In this document: one piece after another, positions 59,805 through 64,000 of the stretch
Layout of the letters: the number at the start of each line of letters is the position of its first letter
How positions within the stretch are numbered: position 1 is the first letter of the stretch
DNA from: an uncultured Acidobacteriota bacterium
GTDB taxonomy: Bacteria > Acidobacteriota > Thermoanaerobaculia > Multivoradales > SZUA-115
Reading direction: 5' to 3'
NCBI GenBank assembly: GCA_963805975.1
Contig: CAWDVR010000006.1
Coordinates: 264,800-328,799, forward strand
DNA: 64,000 nt
Translations under genes and position numbers: made by a program
The notes under the pieces: model-generated
What the model saw: the letters and a program-made list of their open reading frames with translations, nothing else
Databases searched by the model: none
Told to the model about the DNA's origin: nothing

Positions 59805-61937
59805 CTACTGGTAGGTCACCACGAGCTGCGGCCGGTTGGCCGCGGTGCTGTTGTTGCCCGAGTAGTAGCCGAGGTAGTCATTGCCGTTGTCGTCGTTATC
59901 GTCGAGGTTGAAGTAGACGCGGAGCTGCGTCGTTCCCGTCTTGTTGAGCGCTGCCAGCCCCGAGGCGTTCAAGCTGCCTTCCGACCAGGCGCCGTTGGAA
60001 GCGGCGTTGCTCAGGCTCGCCGCCTGGACGGCGGTCGCCGCGGCCTGGAAGTCGCCGGTCTGAAGCGTCGTTGACCCGGAGAAGCCGCCGGTCTGGACGT
60101 CCACCCGGCAGGTGCCGTGGGTGGTGAAGGGGTTGGTGCCGCTCGACGTGCCGCGGCGCAGCCGCAGAGTCGCCGACACGATCGTGGCGCCGTCGGGAAT
60201 TGCCGAGGTATCAAAGGCGACGATGGACTTGTACTGACGGTCGCTTGTGGCGTCGCCGACTCGCAGAGCGCTGGTGGTGGTGGCGGTCGCGTCGATGGAG
60301 CCGCCGGCGTTCGCGGTCTCGCTCGACTCGAGCACCCAGCCGTCCTGGGCGGCGATCGAGGTGAGGGTGACGACCGTCGGCGGAGCCACCGGCGTGGCCG
60401 AAGCCTCGTTCGAGGCTGGGCCCTCGCCCACCCCGTTGGTCGCGGTCACCACGTAGTAGTAAGTCGTCCCGTTGGCGAGGCCGGTGTCGGTGAAGCTCGT
60501 GCCGAACACGTTGGTCTGGATCGTCGTGTAGGGCCCACCGCTCGCCGTGCTGCGGTGAACGCTGTAGCCGGTGGCGCCGCTCGCCGCCGTCCAGCCGAGG
60601 CTGACCTGCGCGTCACCCGGCGTCGTTGAGAGTGTTCCGGGCGCTCCCGGCGCGCCGCCGCAGTATTCGGCCTGCTTGCCGATCACGGTATAGGGACAGC
60701 CGGCTTGCTCGAGCAGGTAGAGCACTGCTTCGCGGTTGCGGGCGGTCTGGGCAGGAATCACCTCGTCCGGCGGGTAGAAACCGCCCTGTGATGAGGTGAC
60801 CGGATACATCTCGAAGGTGTAAGAGAAGATCCGTTGGGCGCCGTACATCCAGTCCCTGATGCCCCCATCGGTGATGTAGAGGTCGCTCGCTTGTTGTGGC
60901 GTGTAACCGTTGCTGGCGGCCATCGCGAGGCCCATCGCCACGAAGGCGTCGTGGTCGTCCTGGGTCATGTCGGCGGGCACGTCGGTGAAGGTGTAGCCGT
61001 AAGGCCACATCACGAGCTCGGCGTAGCTGTGGAAGTCGATGTGGGCCTGGATCTGCTGCGTGCCGCCGACGATGCGGCCCTCCACGAAATCCCGCACCAC
61101 CGCGGTCTCGGGGGCCGAGAAGGCGGCGGGGCCGCGGTAGGTCTCGCTGCTCGCCGTGCCGCTGCTGCCACCACAGCAGCCCCATCTGTAACCCCAGTTG
61201 CGGTTCAGGTCGGTGCCGATGGCGCTCGAGCCGGCGTTGGGCTGGCGGTTCTTGCGCCAGGAACGGTAGGTGCCGGTGGCGATGTCGTACTCGCCGCCGT
61301 CCGGGTTCATGTCGAAGACGATCCAGACCTCGCGGTCGTCCACCAGGCTGGTGATCTCGGGATCGACGCCGTACTCATCGGTGAGCATGCGCAGGGTGTA
61401 GAGGGCCATCTCCACCGTGAGGTGCTCGCGCGCGTGCTGGTGGTGGGTCAGGAGCACCTCGGGCTCGTCCTCGTCGACGCCGACGTTGTCGGAGACCTTG
61501 CCGGCCCAGACCGTGCGACCCTCGTAGGAGAGGCCGACGCTGAACAGCGAGAAGATGCCCGGGTGGTCGAAGGCGGCCTGGTTCAGCTCGGCCACCATCT
61601 CGGCGTAGTCGTGATAGGCCGAGTCGGCGGGCGGAAAGGCATCTAGGAATTCCGCCTGCGTATCGAACCGCTCGAGCTTCAGACCGAGTTGCTGGATCGC
61701 CCGTACCTCCTTGGCCGTGGCCCCGACGAGGACATAGTCGTGGCCGACCTCGAAGACGTCCGCGCCGGTGGCGGCAATGGCGGAGCGGGCGCGCACGTCG
61801 AAGACCGGCGAGATCTTGTAGGTCTTGGTCTCCTGGGCGGGCTGTGCTGCGGCAGGTACCGCGAGCCCGAGGCCGAGCAGCAGGGCGAGGGTCAGGCCCA
61901 GGCTCGAGGGGAGGTGGTGCGATGGCAGGTTTCTCAA
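59805..61937 (-). CDS. Secreted M14 zinc carboxypeptidase + FN3 + C-terminal beta-sandwich, copy 2
   Basis: Same motifs. A TTG start with AGGAGG RBS gives 710 aa, the same length as copy 1. Confidence 0.93.
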   Translation of the reverse strand: MRNLPSHHLPSSLGLTLALLLGLGLAVPAAAQPAQETKTYKISPVFDVRARSAIAATGADVFEVGHDYVLVGATAKEVRAIQQLGLKLERFDTQAEFLDAFPPADSAYHDYAEMVAELNQAAFDHPGIFSLFSVGLSYEGRTVWAGKVSDNVGVDEDEPEVLLTHHQHAREHLTVEMALYTLRMLTDEYGVDPEITSLVDDREVWIVFDMNPDGGEYDIATGTYRSWRKNRQPNAGSSAIGTDLNRNWGYRWGCCGGSSGTASSETYRGPAAFSAPETAVVRDFVEGRIVGGTQQIQAHIDFHSYAELVMWPYGYTFTDVPADMTQDDHDAFVAMGLAMAASNGYTPQQASDLYITDGGIRDWMYGAQRIFSYTFEMYPVTSSQGGFYPPDEVIPAQTARNREAVLYLLEQAGCPYTVIGKQAEYCGGAPGAPGTLSTTPGDAQVSLGWTAASGATGYSVHRSTASGGPYTTIQTNVFGTSFTDTGLANGTTYYYVVTATNGVGEGPASNEASATPVAPPTVVTLTSIAAQDGWVLESSETANAGGSIDATATTTSALRVGDATSDRQYKSIVAFDTSAIPDGATIVSATLRLRRGTSSGTNPFTTHGTCRVDVQTGGFSGSTTLQTGDFQAAATAVQAASLSNAASNGAWSEGSLNASGLAALNKTGTTQLRVYFNLDDNDDNGNDYLGYYSGNNSTAANRPQLVVTYQ

Positions 61938-62156
61938 CGGGATTCCTCCTTGATGGGTGCCGCCGCTCGGGGTTCCCAGGCGCTCGGCGATTATCTGGCA
62001 GGTAGCTTGGTCCTCACTCGGCCAGTTGCTGCGCCTCTGCGTAATGACGCTCGGGCGAGCGGCGTCTCCGGGAGCCTTGCCAAAGGGCGGTTTCTCAGAG
62101 TAAGGGTCGCGATCCGCCGTGTCGATCGTCGCGAGCGATGATCTTGGAAGAGTGCA

Positions 62157-63007
62157 GCCTCCTCTCTGGGGAGGAGGCAGGAGACTTGCCTCCTCCCTAG
62201 AGAGGAGGCGGTTCGTGGTGCGGCAGGGGGGGCGGGGTGCGGACGAAGAGCGGCTGTTCGAAGAATGCAAAGAGTGTGGCCACGTATTGAAGCGGTGGCC
62301 TCGGCATCCTCCCTGGAGAGGATGCCGTGAAGGCTTCGAGGGAGCGCCTAGAGTGAGGTGATCTGCAAGGTGGTCACGCCCGTGAGCTGAGTGACTCCTT
62401 GCGTGCTGAGACAGGCAAGAGGGTTCGGCGCCGGCCAGGCGTAGGTAAGCACCGCAGTCGCGCCGCTGAACAGGCCGGAGGTAATGGTGCCTTGAGCGGC
62501 CACGATGATCGTGCCGCCGACGGAGGTCAGGGTGAAGGTCCCATCGGCGGTGCTGGTCTGACCGTTGTTCCAGGTGATCGAGTAGATGTTGGTGGAGCTG
62601 AACAGGCTTGCCAGGTTGAGGCAGGAGAGGGGCAGAACGGTCCCACGCACAGAGCTGCCGGAGGTGACCGCCGGGTCCGTCGATGTGCAGTTGTAAACGT
62701 CACTTATATTGTACGCCACGGCCTTCGTGAGCAAGGTCAGCCCCGGATTGAAGGTGATGGTCGAGGTCCAAGGCAGGTGACGCTGGTAGCAGCTTGCGCG
62801 GCCGGTGCGAGCCCGGCGGCAGACAGCAGCAACGTCGCAACGACCAGGCCGAGAGCAGCTCTGCTCATGATTCATACCTCCTGAGGATCTGTTCCCGAGC
62901 GGAAGAGCTCGGTGAGCCTACGAGCTGATCCTAGGCGTCGACGCACCCGACGTACATCCTCTCTAGAGAGGATGCCGCCCTCCCAAGATCCTCCCTAGAG
63001 AGGATGT
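62157..63007. promoter_or_regulatory. Five copies of palindrome TCCTCYCTRGRGAGGA (at 62157, 62188, 62304, 62954, 62986)
   Basis: Read directly; 62955-62974 is the perfect 20-bp palindrome CATCCTCTCTAGAGAGGATG. Confidence 0.8.
62348..62868 (-). CDS. Secreted Cys-containing beta-rich protein; probable -1 frameshift near 62768
   Basis: Signal peptide [15 protein letters not shown]...[11 protein letters not shown] lies in a different frame from the body [11 protein letters not shown]... Confidence 0.7.
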
Positions 63008-63087
63008 TCACCAGACATCCAGGCCGCTACGCTGTCATCACACTGTCATCGTTGGTTTCACGCTCTTTTGGCAAGGAGAACCCCATC

Positions 63088-63561
63088 GTGAAGACGACGC
63101 TCGCCCGCATTCTGCTCTTCGTCTACCTGTTCGGCGGATCGTCCGCCTCCCTGCTCGCCCGCGGCTTCTCGGGAAACTGCTCCGGGACCTATCTGATGGA
63201 TGAAGCGGGCGGCGCGACGTCTCTCTGGACGTTTGAGGCCGACGGGACCTTTTTCGCCACCAGCTCGCTCCAAGCGCTTCTCAAGTTTTCCGACCAGCAG
63301 GGGAGCTGGGAGAAGAAGGGCAATAGCGGTCTCAAGGGCGTAGTCCTCGCCCTCGTGTTCGACGAGAACAACGAGCTCTTGAACGTCAGCCGCGTGGACG
63401 TCTCCCTGCGCACGGTGGGCAACGGGTGCGACGACATCGCCGGCTCACTGGAGGTGCGCTCGTTCGAGGATGGAGAGGATCCGCTCGATCCTGCGACCGA
63501 CGACGAAGACCCCATCGCCACCGACACCGTCACCGGCCGCCTGGTCAAGGCGCGCGGGTAA
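63088..63561 (+). CDS. Secreted beta-barrel-like hypothetical protein, paralog of 57117..57612
   Basis: GTG start after AAGGAG; shared GTY, DGT, FSD..GSW.K.G and G.DP..P. Confidence 0.75.
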   Translation: MKTTLARILLFVYLFGGSSASLLARGFSGNCSGTYLMDEAGGATSLWTFEADGTFFATSSLQALLKFSDQQGSWEKKGNSGLKGVVLALVFDENNELLNVSRVDVSLRTVGNGCDDIAGSLEVRSFEDGEDPLDPATDDEDPIATDTVTGRLVKARG

Positions 63562-63596
63562 GGGTCTCGCAACCGTAATCACAAGAGGAGAAGCGC

Positions 63597-64000
63597 ATGC
63601 AACGCAGATTCCCGAGCCTCACAATCCTGATCGCGCTGTTCGCCCTGACCGCCTCGGCAGCTTGGGCGGGCGGCGCCAAGGTCAAGGTCTGCCACATCCC
63701 GCCCGGCAACCCGGCCAACTTCCACACCATCACCATCAGCGAGAACGCCCTACAAGCCCACCTCGGCCACGGCGACCTCGCGGGGGCGTGCTTCGCGCAC
63801 TGCGACAGCCTGTGCAGCGACGGCAACGCCTGCACGATCGACGCGTGCGACGCCACCGAGCACTGCATCTCCACTCATCCGCCGGTCAACTGTAGCGACG
63901 GCAGCCTCTGCACGACCGACACCTGCAACCCGGCGACCGGGTGCGACAACGTGCCGAAGATCTGCTTGGACGGCGACAACTGCACGGTCGACTCCTGCGA
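63597..64000 (+). CDS. Secreted Cys-rich repeat protein (partial)
   Basis: Signal peptide, 'CHIPPGNPANFHTITISENALQAHLGHGDLAGAC', then C.DG..CT.D.C repeats (Dictyostelium CTDC-like). Confidence 0.8.
   Translation, partial: MQRRFPSLTILIALFALTASAAWAGGAKVKVCHIPPGNPANFHTITISENALQAHLGHGDLAGACFAHCDSLCSDGNACTIDACDATEHCISTHPPVNCSDGSLCTTDTCNPATGCDNVPKICLDGDNCTVDSC

Larger units (their letters stand above)
51016..64000. mobile_element. Integrative genomic island at tRNA-Thr; right end probably beyond window
   Basis: att fragment plus adjacent integrase. Orientation places the intact tRNA to the right, and no second copy was seen in the window. Confidence 0.6.

Noticed and set aside
57653-61937. Diversity-generating retroelement TR/VR pair
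   Set aside because: No reverse transcriptase, the repeat is a whole-gene duplication, and differences are not adenine-specific.

Overview
High-GC bacterial chromosome segment. The IPTL-CTERM protein, PQQ-propeller genes and TPR-tailed kinase suggest an Acidobacteriota/Thermoanaerobaculia-like organism (inference). From left to right it holds: an MMPL/RND transporter downstream of two paralogous secreted proteins that share a duplicated promoter and leader; a small surface-glycan locus; a RelE/ParE toxin-antitoxin pair; fhs; an AttH-like lipocalin; a large DUF11-repeat IPTL-CTERM adhesin; two divergent CPA2 antiporters; two GntR(YtrA)-ABC modules; a lower-GC patch with an amidinotransferase and a Pycsar-effector-like membrane protein; an FtsX-type ABC transporter; and a large NAD-glutamate dehydrogenase. 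From about 48.4 kb onward is an accessory region containing a CNF1/BLF1-like deamidase, a complete IS481, a tRNA-Thr(CGT) 3' att fragment, a tyrosine integrase with a 23-24 bp repeat array in its leader, a SymE/SymR-like antisense locus, an inverted HisKA_3-TM-TPR kinase with a NarL regulator, five copies of a palindromic operator, and tandem M14 carboxypeptidases with different specificity residues. About ten apparent single-base frameshifts in otherwise intact genes suggest long-read assembly indels. All family calls come from motif recognition by eye, not from database searches.
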